DNA from: Octopus sinensis
Lineage: Eukaryota
Direction of reading: 5' to 3'
Length of the DNA: 64,000 nucleotides
Assembly (NCBI RefSeq): GCF_006345805.1
Contig: NC_042998.1
Span: 94,488,001-94,552,000 of the forward strand
Part shown: positions 13,556 through 26,824 of the stretch, in pieces
Position numbering within the stretch: the stretch's first letter is position 1
Layout: the number at the start of each line of letters is the position of its first letter
Program-made: the position numbers and the translations under genes
Notes under the pieces: model-generated
What the model saw: the letters and a program-made list of their open reading frames with translations, nothing else
The model's database searches: none
Told to the model about the DNA's origin: nothing

Positions 13556-13589
13556 CAGGTCTTGACATATTTTGAGCATGTTTTGGCAT

Positions 13590-13995
13590 GACTGTATGGT
13601 AAGAAGTTTATTTACCATACAGTCTGTTTCTCAGTTCAGTCCCACTGCATGGCATCTAAGGCAAGTGTTTTCTGTTTTGGTTTGGGTCTACAAAATCCTT
13701 GTGAGTGGATTTAGTGGATGGAAACTGAAAGAAGCCCATCAGATGTATACAGTCACAGCCTTTGGGCTGAAACGCATAAAAGACTATATATGAATTTGTG
13801 TCTGTGTTTGTCCCCCAGCATCACTTGACAACAAGTGTGTTTACATCCCTGTAACTTAGTAGTTCAAAATAAGAGACTGATAGAATGAGTACCAGGTTTT
13901 AAAAAAATATGTATGTTGGTTAATTTGTTGGACTGAAATTCTTCCAGGCAGTGCTACAACATAGCCACAATCTAAATGACTGCAAATAAGTCAAA
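13590..13995 (+). mobile_element. SINE family A, tail type 1 (degenerate)
   Basis: Co-linear with 4167-4623. Confidence 0.7.
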
Positions 13996-14974
13996 GGAAA
14001 CACATTTTTTATGTTGCCTAACTGTATATGCTATGTATACACTGTGTTACATATTTTATGGTTTAATATCTGCATTATTTGCATATGTTATTTTGAAATT
14101 TTTACTGAGAAAACTGGGAGGTCAAGATTCATTTTTTTTCTCTATGATCTAAGTGAAGTGCAGTAATTTCAACCAGAATGAAAAAGTCTCATAGCATAGA
14201 CTGAGTTCACTGAGAACTCACCTGATTTATGATCCTCACTGTAAATACTTGTGTGTGTAATTATGTATCCTGTTCATACACAGGCACATGCACACGGTTT
14301 GGTAATTGACTACATTTGTGTAAATTGGATAAGAAAAAGAGGAAAAAAAACAAGGCATATGTTGGTATGCATGGAAAGAAGTTGAAAGTAATGTTAAAGG
14401 TAGTGGCCATTTACTGAAGGAGAAAATGTTATGTCTGTAATGTGTATTTGTACATTTGTATACAATTTTAATAACATTTTCATCCATTTATTTCATTACT
14501 TTCATCCTTTAAGCATCTGCTTTCTTTCAAAGTTGTTAGCATTGCTCTCTTTCGAACCTTGCATTTTTCATCCATAAAATGACAGGACACTGACCTTAGA
14601 AAAAATGTGAAGGTAACATTAAAAACAAAATATTCTATGAAAGTGAGCTGTATTATACTCATTTGCTCTGTATTTGATTTAACATTTTGAAGGTTTCATC
14701 ATCTACTTGATTGATGTAGTTAAGTTAATGTTTTTGGACTTGATTGATTGCAGAATTTTAAAAATGAAAATTTCTTGGAAGTTGTCTTTTTGAAATTAAC
14801 TTGTCTGTTTTTTTTCTTTCTTCTTTTCCAACTTTTGGAGTGCATTCTTTTATTTTCCCTTCAACTTATATTTAGGGCCAGAAAAATGTTTGACATACCA
14901 CCCATTTAAATTTGTATTCCAAAATGCAGTATCCATATCTTAATGTTGAAAGCAGTGAGCTGGCAGAATTAACA

Positions 14975-15150
14975 CGCTTGGCAAAATACTGAGGAGCATT
15001 TCGTCTGAGTTCAGATTCCTCTGAGGTTGACTTTGCCTTTCGCCTTTTCGAGGTCTTTAAAATAAGTACCAGTTGATTACCAGAGGTCAATGTAATCGAC
15101 CCATTCCTTCCTCAAAATTGTTGGCCTTGTGCAAAAATTTGAAACCAATA
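14975..15150 (+). mobile_element. SINE family B
   Basis: 'gagctggcagaattaacacgc...gagttcagattcc...gttgactttgcctttcgccttttcgaggtc...aataagtaccag...ggccttgtgcaaaaatttgaaacc'. Confidence 0.8.
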
Positions 15151-15199
15151 TCTAAATGTCCACCCTGACCCCCATTCAGACAGGTAAGAGTATATTATT

Positions 15200-15515
15200 G
15201 AGATGGTTTTACCGCTGAATGCACTGCTGTAGGTTCAGTCCCACTATGTGGCTTTTAGGTGTGTGTCTTTTATAAGCCCTGACCTGACCACTGCTTTGTG
15301 TGTGTGTATGTGTGTGTGTCTTTGTCTGGACATCATATGATAGTTGCAAATGAACGTCATTCATTCTCAATATTCTGTGAAAGCATGTTTGGTCATGAGG
15401 GAAATATTACTTAGTTTGGAAACAAGTAAAAGCATCCAGCTGCAGAAAATCTGCCTCAATAAACTTCATCTGACCCATGTCAGCAGGAAGAGTGAACATT
15501 AAAGTACTGATGATG
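15200..15515 (+). mobile_element. SINE family A head with tail type 2
   Basis: Head remnant 'ggttcagtcccactatgtggc', (GT)n, RTE-like tail ending 'actgatgatg'. Confidence 0.7.
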
Positions 15516-18500
15516 TTACCTTCCTGTTGCTAATCCTTATCTGTGTTTTCAAGAAACAGATCTCTGATTTCATACAAAGGTGCAAACCTAGTGAACAATT
15601 TGTCAGGAGAAATAACTACAACATCTTGTAGCTTGTGATTTTTGGTGAAACACAAATGTAAACATAGGTATACGACAAGATTCTTTGAGATTCTGTCCAC
15701 TGACTCCACTCACATGGCTTTGGTTGGCCCTAGGATCTAGTAGCTACACCATGTGACAGAACCCTAATCCACACGGTTAGAAAGCAAACTGCTTAACCAT
15801 ACAGCCATGCATGCACTTCCAATTTATTTTATTTAAATTGAAAATTACCAAAATTATGTTTTATTTGACATTTAATTTACTATCTGCCTGTGTTGTTTAG
15901 GAAAGAAAACCCATCCAATAGAATAAGTTCATATGTCAAACTCTTAAATCTGCTCCAGATTTAAGAGTGTTTCTCAACAAATCAGTTAATTGATCTTTAG
16001 AGAATAGGTAGCAGATTTATCTAGAGATTATTGACAACCATTGACTAATGTTCTATAAGTTGAATCAGATAGCGTTTAAAAGGAAATAAACATGTGGTGA
16101 GTGCCAGAGAGAATAATTCTGGCAGTTTACTTTTAATATTAATGCTTAATGTGAGGGTGGCAAGTTGGCAGAATTGTTAGCATGCCCACAAAATGTTCAG
16201 TGGGATTCATGCTCTGAGTTCAAATTCTACCAAGGCCAGTTTTGCCTTTCATCCTTTAAGGGCCAATAAAGTAAGTAGCAGTTGAGCACTGGAGTCAATG
16301 TAATCAGGTTATCCCATCCCTAGAACTTACTGGCCTTATGCCAAAATTTGAAACCAATATTAATGTAAAGGCCTGAACATTACATAAACTTTCTGATTGG
16401 CCAAAATCTCAGATAGGATGTATAACTGATGCAACCAGTCCCAAAGATTAGAACCCCCCCCCCAAAAAAAAAACTGACTTAAAAAATAGCAAAGATTTTT
16501 GTATGTAATAATGTATGTGGTGTGTTTGAATATGTATGAAGGCATGTAGATAAATGGCTAGGGTGTTAGTCATGTATTTGATTCTTGGACCAGGAAGCAT
16601 GTTGTGTTTTTGAATAAGAAAATTTTACATTGTTCAATTAAGCTCAACTGAAATGAGTAACTGCAGGGTACTGGTTGGCCCCTGTCTCTTTCCTGCAGTC
16701 ACATCTTGCTTGTTTCTTTGGGTCAAGTGTGTGAGGACTACATGCTTCTCTATGTCTCCCATGACTACATAAGTACCTAAAATAATTAGTAAAAGCATGG
16801 TACATGCTCCATGTTATGCTCACAAATGATGGTCATGTGGTGGTAATTTTTCACACACATTTACATACGTGCATGTAGGTATTTATTACTATAGCTCTGG
16901 GCTGACCAAAGCCTTTTGATAATCAGAAATTGACATGCCCTCCTCATTGTACTTATGCACATATACATATATGCATATACTTGCTTGTGTATCTGCTTGT
17001 CTTCACAACACTGGCCAGTTGTAAACAAATGGTGACAATTGTTAGTTTTCAGTGAAAACCTGCCTGCATTAGGAAAAAATATTATCTTGCTCAGAATCAT
17101 GTGAGCATCTGGTTGTAAGAAATATACCTTGATCAATTTGTCTGACCTATGCAAGTTTTAATATCCTAAAACAAATGCGAAACATATACTGTTATATTCA
17201 CTTTCGCTTATTATTAACTGCCTTAATCTTGCCAGTGTCAAAGGGCCTGTGGAGGTCATGGATACAGCACCTTCCCACAGATGAAATCAATTAAAAAATA
17301 GTAACCAAAAGCTCTAAGCTTTGTTTACTGACCATCTCTACTCCCTGGATTCAACCTCCTGTCTCACACAAGCAAACAGAATGTCAGTGGTCAGGTTGCA
17401 CTAATAATAAATTTTATTGTTACTAGATATTTACCAAGTGAAAGTAAATATAACTGAGTTTTGAATAGCTACAATGTTTCTAACACAGTGCTATTGTTTT
17501 GTGTGTATGTGTGTGTGTGGTGGGAGTGTTTAGAAATTAGCTTTGCAATCATATAGTTGTGATTTCAGTCTCATTGTGCAGTTCTTTGGGCAGTTGTCAT
17601 CTTTTAGGCCTAGGCTGACCAAAGTCTCTTGAGTGGATTTAGTTGGTGGAAACTGAAAAAAAGTCCATGATGTGTGTGTGTGTGTCTTAACATAATACAT
17701 CTAGTGTATTATGTTCTGTGGAAACATCTGCAGCCATTGTACTGTTTGTGGTTTAAAGACATGGGGAATTGTTACCTTGCTTGGAACCAGGTGAGGCATG
17801 TCAACAAAAGAAGCATCTGGTCACAGAAAATCTGTTGCAAATAATTTTTTCCTGGCTCATGGAAAAGTGGATGTTAAAACAATGATAATGATATGTGTGT
17901 ATGTTTGTAGGCGCACGCATGGCTGTATAGTTTAGCTGTTTGCTTCCCAATCACATAGTTTGGATTCAGTCCCATGTGGCACCTTGGGCAAGTGTCCTCT
18001 ACTTATTGCCTTGGGCCAACTAAAGCTTTGTGTGTGGAATTGGTAAACTGAAGCCAAAAGAAGTCTATCATGCTTGTGTGTGTGTGTCCGTGTCCCCTAG
18101 TCTTGACATCGCATGAGAATTAGAAATAAGTGTCACTGAGGTGTCAGTCATGCAGGTAGCCATATACGGAATAGAGATTATCAATTTAAGTTAGCAAATA
18201 GATGAGCTGATATCTACAGTATGTTTTATAATTTGGGAAGAAAGCATAAATAAGTTGTAGGCTGGATTAAGAGCAACTTGTGTTGTGATTGGTTGGCTTA
18301 GGTGGAACACAGTTGTATTATGATTGATTGTCAATTAGTGAGGAGTGGTTAGTTATGTAGTGGGTGTGGTTAAACTTTAAGGAATGGCTATGGTAGCCGA
18401 TAAAAAATTTATTGGCAACTGTAATTGTACTACTGAGTAAATTGATAGAGGTCATACAAGTTTTTAACCACTTCTCTCTACTAATTTGATCCACCTCATT

Positions 18501-19620
18501 AATGCAAACAGGTGCCTATATAATCTCTACACAAACAGAAAAGGATGGAATGTACCAGTTGATTCCACTCCTAGCTGGGATACTTCTCAGGAACTGTATC
18601 CATATGATGTCTGCCCATGGAAACCTTATATATCATCATCATCATCATTTAGCATCCATTTTCCATGCTAGCATGGATTGGATAGTTTGACAGGAGCATG
18701 TAAGCCAGAATGAGATTGTCACAATGAGATTTTTTAAACTAGAAAACCCAGTTTGAATAAATAGCATATTATTGGCTGTTAGTTGTAGTTCATTAATTAT
18801 TAATTTAAGCAATGTTTTTTTTTATTTTTTTTTAGACTAATAATATTGTTGAATAAATTTGTAATAATACAAATTTTTTTACATTCCATCATTATTTAAC
18901 ATCTATATTCCCTGCTAGCATGGGTTGGCTGATTTCAACAGGATCCTACTTGGCCAATGCCTGCTTTGGTAAGGATTGTACTGCTGGATGGACTGTCTAA
19001 ATATGCTCGACACTTAAAATGTATTTTACGTTTGTTCCAGAGTATTCTTTAGAGATAATTTTGTATATTTTAGCAACAATCATGCTACATGAAAAAAACA
19101 GTTCTATGGCAATACTTTTGGCAGCTGTCGATCATATGTGTAATACCTTCCACTGATTTGTGGAGTTAACATTTTCTGCCACATAATTGAGGTTTTAGGG
19201 TGTCATTATCTTTTAGTCATCAGGTTTATGGAATCAGTCTGTTGCTCTTCCATTTCAGAAGCATAACATTGAAAACTTATGTCTGTATTCTCTCCCTGAT
19301 TGTGAGTTTTAGTGTTGTATTTTAACTGACTACCTGCTCAATAGCAAGGTTGTAAAGAAAGTAATTAAAAAATACTATCTTTGCTCTTTTCATCATCATC
19401 TTTACTCTTTACAATCAATAAATTGTTAAATCTGAACACACTCGCATACACACATTTTCAGATTTAACGGTTTAATGATTGTGAAGATGATGTATAGTTG
19501 TAGGCATAGATGTACAGTTAAGAAGTGATTTTGAGTTCAACTCCATTGCATGGCACCTTGGGCAAATGGCTTCTATTATAGCACTAGGCTAACCAAGGCC
19601 TTGTAACTAGATTTGATTGG

Positions 19621-19833
19621 CAGAAACGTTAGCACGCTGGGCGAAATGTCTTGCAGTATTTCATCTGCCGTTACATTCTGAGTTCAAATTCCACTGAGGT
19701 CGACTTTGCCTTTCATCCTTTCAGGGTCGATAAATTAAGTACCAGTTACGCACTGGGGTCGATGTAATCGACTTAATCCCTTGTTTGTCCCTTCTATGTT
19801 TAGCCCCTTGTGGGCAATAAAGAAATAAGAAAC
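19621..19833 (+). mobile_element. Young SINE family B copy nested in a family A SINE
   Basis: Well-preserved CpG-rich copy. The host SINE (about 19500-19620) resumes at 'aactgaaaggagcc' (19831+). 'agaaac' occurs at both junctions. Confidence 0.85.
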
Positions 19834-20034
19834 TGAAAGGAGCCTTTTGTGTGTGTGTGTGTTTGTGTGTACACACTCATGCTCGAGTTTATGTAAGTTT
19901 TTTTTTGTGGGGGGGAATCTGAGGCGAAAATTAAATGTGGACATTTTAAATTTGTTCTTGTTTATATTTTTAAATTCCACCAGTGATATTTTGGATGTAT
20001 CTTTATTGGTTGGTTTTATTGGCTTTTTATTTCT

Positions 20035-20395
20035 CAGGCATACTTGTTTAAGAAGTTTGCATCCCTACTACATGGTTTTGGGTTCCCTTTTACTATAGCC
20101 CTGGGCCAACCAAAGCCTTGTAAATGGATTTGGTAGGTGGAAACTGAAAGAAGCCCATTGTGTTTGTTAGTGTGTGTGCTTTACTGTGTCCTTGCCTTGA
20201 CATTGTATGGTAATTGTAAGCAAGTGGTGTCCTCCACTTCCTACTGTCTATGAAAGCATGTTGGATCATGGGGAAATTTATCTTACACGAAAACAGGTGA
20301 GGGTTGGTGACAGGAAGTGCAACAAGTAGCAGAAAATCTGTCACAACAAATTCTGTCTGACCCATGCAAGCTTGGAAAGGTGAACATTAGAATGG
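20035..20395 (+). mobile_element. SINE family A head with tail type 2
   Basis: Head 'gtttaagaagtttgcatccc...', core 'ggatttggtaggtggaaactgaaagaagccc', RTE-like tail. Confidence 0.75.
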
Positions 20396-21539
20396 AAACA
20401 GTTTTATTCTAGACTGCTTTGAATATTACATCATGTATCATAAGAAAACAATATCCTTAGGACATCATCTTGTAGTTGACTGTTGTGTGCCTAGCTTCTT
20501 GAGTTTTAGCTTTACATAATCTATACTCGTCAGTTAATGTTTTGTCTATTGTGTAGAAGGTAGTTTGTGGGAATTTCTTGGCTTTGGATTTTCTGGAAGT
20601 AACCTTCAACTTGTTGATACTTCATACCAGATTTTTAGTGTTGTTTATTCCCATTACAGCTTATTTTTTAGTTTCAGTTACCAACACACAACTTTCTCAA
20701 TGAACTGGCCTATTTTTTTTTATTTGTCATTTGTAGGATTTTCCCATGTTCCTTGGAGAGGTTGATATTAAATTTATATTTCAGGCCTCTTCTCAAGTTC
20801 ATTAGTAATTTCTCTCTCTCCTCTCTGCTCTCTCTCTCTCTCTGTATGTCTCTATACATTCACACATATATATACACAGATCATACACAGGCATGGTTTC
20901 TATTTCTATGTCAGTGTGGCACCTAGGGTAACTATCTTGAGCTATAGCTTTAAGCTGACCCATTCTGTTGTAGAAGAAGCTGTACAAAACGCCATCATAT
21001 TTTGTGTGTGTGTGTGTACGCTTACATTCTGTGTCTTTGTAAGAAACAGGGAAAAACTGATGTGATGTTGACATTCCCTGTTAATTTAGCCTGCAGCTCT
21101 GCATTTTTGAAGCCAAATGGAATATAAAAAAGAAGAACCCATACTTGAGTATGGGTTGGAGACAGGAATGGTATCAGACTGAAACAATGTCTCAATGATA
21201 AGCATTCTGTGCATGCTGGCATGGTGGTGGTGGTGGTGGATATCAACCAAATAATATAACCAACATGCTGAAGGATTTAAAAGCATGGCAACATCAGAGG
21301 TGTCTTAATTTTCCACTCAAAGACTTTGCTCCAAGTACATTTGCAACATCTGGATTGTGGTGAAAAGACATGGAAGAAGATTGCATGAGAAAACAACATT
21401 GTAAAAGTCGGTAAACATGCTTTTTTTTTATGTCAGCTTCATGTGTTTACGATTTGATCAGATATCTGAATAAAATATTCCTCTCCCCACCTGTCTCATT
21501 TTAGTAATCAAGGTTTAACTATATATGGCTGTGTTAGTG

Positions 21540-21790
21540 TGTGTGTATGTGTATGTATGCATGTAAGTGCATGTGTATATATACATGTTATGTATATATA
21601 TATATATATATATGCAAATATGTGTACATGTATATGCATGTTTGTATGTGTGTGCATACACACCTTTTTGTATGCATGCATATCCACAAATACATGCATG
21701 TTTATTTTTGTATGTATACGTGTGTATACATGTCTCACACACACACACATAATGTGTGTGTGTGTTATCTGTACATATGTGTTTGTGTAT
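21540..21790. repeat. Compound (GT)/(AT)/(GTAT) low-complexity tract
   Basis: Seen directly. Source of ORFs 21508-21831. Confidence 0.95.
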
Positions 21791-22254
21791 GTACATGGTG
21801 GTAATATATCACCTTGATATTTTTGATGCAAAGATAGAACTATGATATGCTTGCTTTGTTGAAATATTCGTTTTAAATATTCTATTACATTAGGAATAAA
21901 TAGTTGGTAAAGTGCAATATTTCATTGACAGACACTTTTTCATTGATTTTTTACTTTTTGTACATATTTATTGATAAGTCCATCTATATAGAAATAAATG
22001 TTCCACATATGGAATGATTCCACTTGTTTGGATCCTAATGAATTTATGTTGAAATAAAGAACCTTCTCACATATTAAATAATTTTGTTGTATTTAATAAT
22101 TTTTAAATGCAGCATTTTTCTCCAAATGCACTTTAGCATTCTTTTGATTAACTGCATTTCATTACTGATAACCACACATCTACCCTGAACTTTTAAAGAG
22201 CTAAAGATATGCAGCCATATGACTATTTTATCATTATCTTTAATGGTAAATGGG

Positions 22255-22305
<51 letters not shown>

Positions 22306-22917
22306 CTATTATATGTAGCTTTCCTAGTCTACATGTTTATCCATTTTCCTTCAATCAAAAATAACATGTATATTTTAAAAATATAGAATCTTTTCTGCCA
22401 AAATTTTGGCTGATTATGGGGAAAATTGAGTTTTGCAATTACTGTATTGATTTGTGGATAAATCCCGTCTCTAATTTAATGTCAAATCTTGGCATGAAAC
22501 TTTTATCCCTTCATAGTTTTAGCTTTGCCCCATGTGTTAGTTGCTCCTTAGTTTTTTTTTTTTTTTTTTTTTACTTTTAAAATCAAGTATAAAATAGTGT
22601 GACTTATACGGAGTAAAATATGATGGTAAATTAATGGGACATCCTATGCATAAGTTCAGAATCCACATATCCTTGCCGATATTTTCACTCACCCATTTTT
22701 TAAATAAAAGCAATGTTTTTCTAGTCAATATTTCATTAAACTGACCAGTAGCGGAGTTTGAGTTGTGGTTCCAGAATTTGATGAAATTTAGCAGAAAAAT
22801 AAATTTTCTTTCTTTTTTTCTTAATTCTTTTTTTTTTTCTATCCCTCAGAAATGAATGCTAATTTGTGGACGTATTTTTTGAAATAGGGTATATCTTGGT
22901 AATATAAATTATATATG

Positions 22918-23100
22918 ATAGATCGCTAGCCACTACACATTCATTATTTTCTGTTCTTATTTCTTTCTGTGTTCTTTTCTGTGGAAAAGTGTAGGCTTGA
23001 AACGTTAAAGACTTTCTCACTTCCTGAGCATTAAACTAATACATATGTTTGTTGTCTACACCACCTGTCTTCGTCTTTTGTTTTTTTGTGAATTCTCCAA
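22918..23100 (+). mobile_element. Probable Penelope-like terminal-repeat fragment carrying a hammerhead-like motif, abutting (TA)n
   Basis: Contains CTGTGGA-A-AAGT-GTAG-GCTT-GAAA-CGTT-AAAG, the layout of minimal PLE-associated hammerheads. The family assignment is inferred from that motif only. Confidence 0.45.
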
Positions 23101-23104
23101 ATAT

Positions 23105-23144
<40 letters not shown>

Positions 23145-23149
23145 TACAG

Positions 23150-23640
23150 GACATTACCAACAGTAAACCACAGGAAATATGAAAACAAATGAGTTAAATA
23201 CTCAAATAACGAGAGAAATAAATGGAAATCAGGACAAGTTATACAAAGAACAACTCTTCATCAGTTGTCGGCTGTCTATCTACTCCCCATTTTGAGCAAT
23301 CAACAATTTTGAAGACAGTTGCTCCCATAAATACCAAAATAAAATTTTGGATTTATAGAGAGACAAAGATGGGAACAAAAACAGGACAGTGGAGACATAC
23401 AAGAAAACTGAACGAAAACAAACATGGAGGGTCATTAGACCAGAACGAGGGGGGAAATAATGAATGCTGAGAGAAATAATTTCTTTGAAAAGATAAAAGA
23501 GAGAGATAGGAGCCGTCCAGTCCTTAGAACGTCAGTGTAGGAAAAGAAAGATGGTCACGTGAGAAGAAAAAAAAGATGGGCAATGGTCATGTGTGAGCAA
23601 CGAGAGAAAAAGAGGGAGAGAGAGAGAAAGAGAGAGACAG
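23150..23640. mobile_element. Unclassified interspersed repeat (possibly Penelope-related)
   Basis: Purine-rich, CpG-bearing block between (TA)n and (GA)n tracts, unlike its flanks. No protein motif recognised. Confidence 0.3.
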
Positions 23641-23823
23641 ATAGAAGACAGTGAAAAGGAGAACAAGAGAATAGAGAAAGATGGGGGAGAAAACGGTGTG
23701 TTTGTGTGTGTGAGCTATAAACATGGTTTGAATCAAAATTTATAATATGGTTATTTATGGCTACTTGCATGTGTAATATTTTAAATATTGTGCGAGCTAA
23801 AGCAAAATATTTCTGCATGTATG

Positions 23824-23880
<57 letters not shown>

Positions 23881-24557
23881 TTCATGCATGTATGATGAAT
23901 TAGAAGTATGCATGTGCGTGTGTACACACATTACAAGAAAGGAAAGTTTCTTAAAGCTTGCTTCCATTGATTGCATTAATGTTTTATGCTCACTAATCAG
24001 TGAAGGAAGACAAAGAATTAGTAGCGAATGGGCAAAATTGACAGAGAGGAATATGTTCAGTACGATATTTGCTTCATTGATGATCATATTTCATCATTTT
24101 GGTTATTTCTGCATGATTAGTCAATATACCTTCCAGCTGTGGAGAAAGTTTTTGCAACTAGCTGCCTGTCTATTTTTAGCTTAACTGATCAGAGAAATTT
24201 TTACTGGTCAGTTTGGACAGTGGCCATCAAAGAACTAAAGAGGTTATTTATTTAAATAATGGATGTTAAGAAGAAGCACAGCTGAAAAAATAAAAACATT
24301 CATTGAATAGTAGGCAGCAATAGTTGAAGTAGAAAAGTGGTATTTTATGTAACTTTGGGAGGTTGTAAGGAAGCTTAAATGTGGTTAGTATCTGAGGAGT
24401 TGGCATCTCACAGTTTCAGAATATTTTCAATGCCAGATTCCTTTCTCTAATTTGATGTGTAATTTTTAATATTAAGAAGTGTTTTAACTTAACTGAAGTA
24501 ATGTAAAACTTAATTTGAGTGATAGGGTTAATCTGTTACTCAGTTTAACATTGAGCA

Positions 24558-24925
24558 TTTAGCCTCTTAGCATTCAGATAAATTTGTCAAATTTAACGGT
24601 TATTTATTCACTTAAGTTTTTAACGATGGGATTGCTTATTTTTAGAATGACATATTTGGACAAGTGTGAGAGGCTGGATCTGGTTGGTTTAAGCATAAAG
24701 CTATTAAAATATTTAGGCCATATATGGCCAGTTTGGTTGCTAATGGTTTAAACCAGCCTTAACCAGCTCAAATATTCTACCTGTTATATGTTCAAACCGG
24801 CCAAATCCAGCCTCTCACACCTACTTTACAATGTCTAAAAAAAACAATCATATCATTGAAATCTTAAAGCCACAAGATAATGTATGATTAATTCGAGATA
24901 ATACAACTAACATTTGACACAGTAA
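24558..24925. mobile_element. Two piggyBac-type MITE copies in inverted, abutting arrangement
   Basis: Left copy about 24558-24751, right copy about 24748-24925. 24664-24679 (gtgtgagaggctggat) is the exact reverse complement of 24805-24820. Confidence 0.75.
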
Positions 24926-26824
24926 ACCAGCCTTAATTTCCTAATCGTTCCCCTAGTTATTCACATTTTCCTTACCCTAATACCGCATATCCTTACCGTA
25001 ATATCAATCCACTCAAAATTGTTCATATTCAAAGTGGAATCAGTTTATTGCATAAATGAGAGCCTTAAGATTCCAGTAGCTATTCCAAAGAGTTTAACCT
25101 TTTTGATATCAGCCCAAGACTGTTCTTGGTTATGTAATGCAAAGTTACTATTTTAAAGTGATCTTAATTAAAACCTTCCATTTAAATTTTATGTCAATTT
25201 AAATTCCAAATACCAGCTAATAATGACAATGTTATTTCACCAAATTCTTCATTATTTTCAAAATTATTGCAAACATAGGCAGTGTATTTCAACAGGAATA
25301 TAGTAACAAAAGGGTTAGTTAATAAACTAATCAATAATGTTAATTTACTAAACCACTCCAAATTTTTGATTATTTTGTCAAATAATTGAATTAACACAGA
25401 CAGAATATTCTTGTTAGAAATATAGTCATGATGAAGTTAATCTTAAAGCGCAAAAACATTTTTTTTTTTACCAATAAACAGATCTCATCTTACTAAAAAG
25501 GAATTCTACAAAAATAGAACCCCAAATGTTTTCAAGTCTGTAGTTTTGGGTTCATTCCATTTGAACTCACAGTTTTATATTGAATACAATTTTATGAAGG
25601 CAGATTTCTGGCTGCATCCATCAATTTACTGTTGCCAACCTTTTCCTTAAATGTTTTGGTAAAATACCAAATATTTTATCACATTATTTCTATATTTTTA
25701 TTTTTATTAAAATAAAAATAACATTTAGAAGTGTTCTAATTGGAATATAGCAAATTGTTAAACTACTATAAATTTAGTTTTAGAAATAAATAAAGAAAAG
25801 AAAAAAACAGGAAAAGAAATATAAAAATAACAACAAAATCACTGATAAATTAATAATTTTTCTATTTGGTTACACTAGAACTACTGTTCCTAGTTGAATA
25901 ATATATTTTCTGCAAGAGAAGTTTCAACTGTATTTTATGCAGTTAGATATGCAATTTGCAATCTTTATCCGGTGTTCCAGCTTCAAAATTGATTTTGAAT
26001 TTTCTAGTAAAATTAAATGTGAAAAGTGATTTCTTTCTTCCAACTGTCAAAGTTCAGCTAAAACTTGATTGGGTAACTACAAAATGCCTTTGCTTCATTT
26101 CAACCAGTTGTTGTCTTTCATTTTGCCATTCTGGTTTTCTGTTAATAATTTTCATTATTCACACAAATAAAGCTGAGATTGAAAAATTGAAATAGAAATG
26201 CAATTAAAAAGCAATATATCTTGCAATTTTCCAGTTGACAAAGACTAAATTATTGTAATCTGATTTTTAGAATTAAACATTTTTTAATATTATTTTATCT
26301 CATTTCATTTTTATTTGCAACATTTGTTAATTTCTGTTGATTTGGTGCATACAGAAATATTGAGCTTGCTTATACTATATTGTAAGCATCATCACCATTA
26401 ATGTATGATTAAATACATGGGGAATCTGTGTTGGGACAAAGTGACTCTGACCATTTAGAATATTTGTTGATAAAATATAGAGTAAGTCTTTTTTATATTT
26501 TTATAAAAGTTTACAATATGTCGACTTCTGTGATTGCCTAATAAATCCATAGCTGAGGGAGTTCTCTAAAGCAAACTTCCATAAGTTTGAAGACTTCTTT
26601 TTTTTAATTTCTATTTTGGTTTCATTTATATGCAATAAGAAGAACATTACAAAAAATACTAAGCCTAATGGCTAATGGTTGATATTGTCTTCATTATTAA
26701 GATTATTCTGGCATCTTATGTTTCGAGTTTAAATGTCACCAAAGTCAAATTAACTTTTCACCCTTTCAGGAATGGTAAAATAAAGTACTAGTTAAGTACT
26801 AGAGTCAATAGTATTGACTGACAT

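Noticed and set aside
22766-22777. WFQN homeodomain-like tetrapeptide
   Set aside because: Followed by LMKF rather than RRxK, with no helix 1/2 context.
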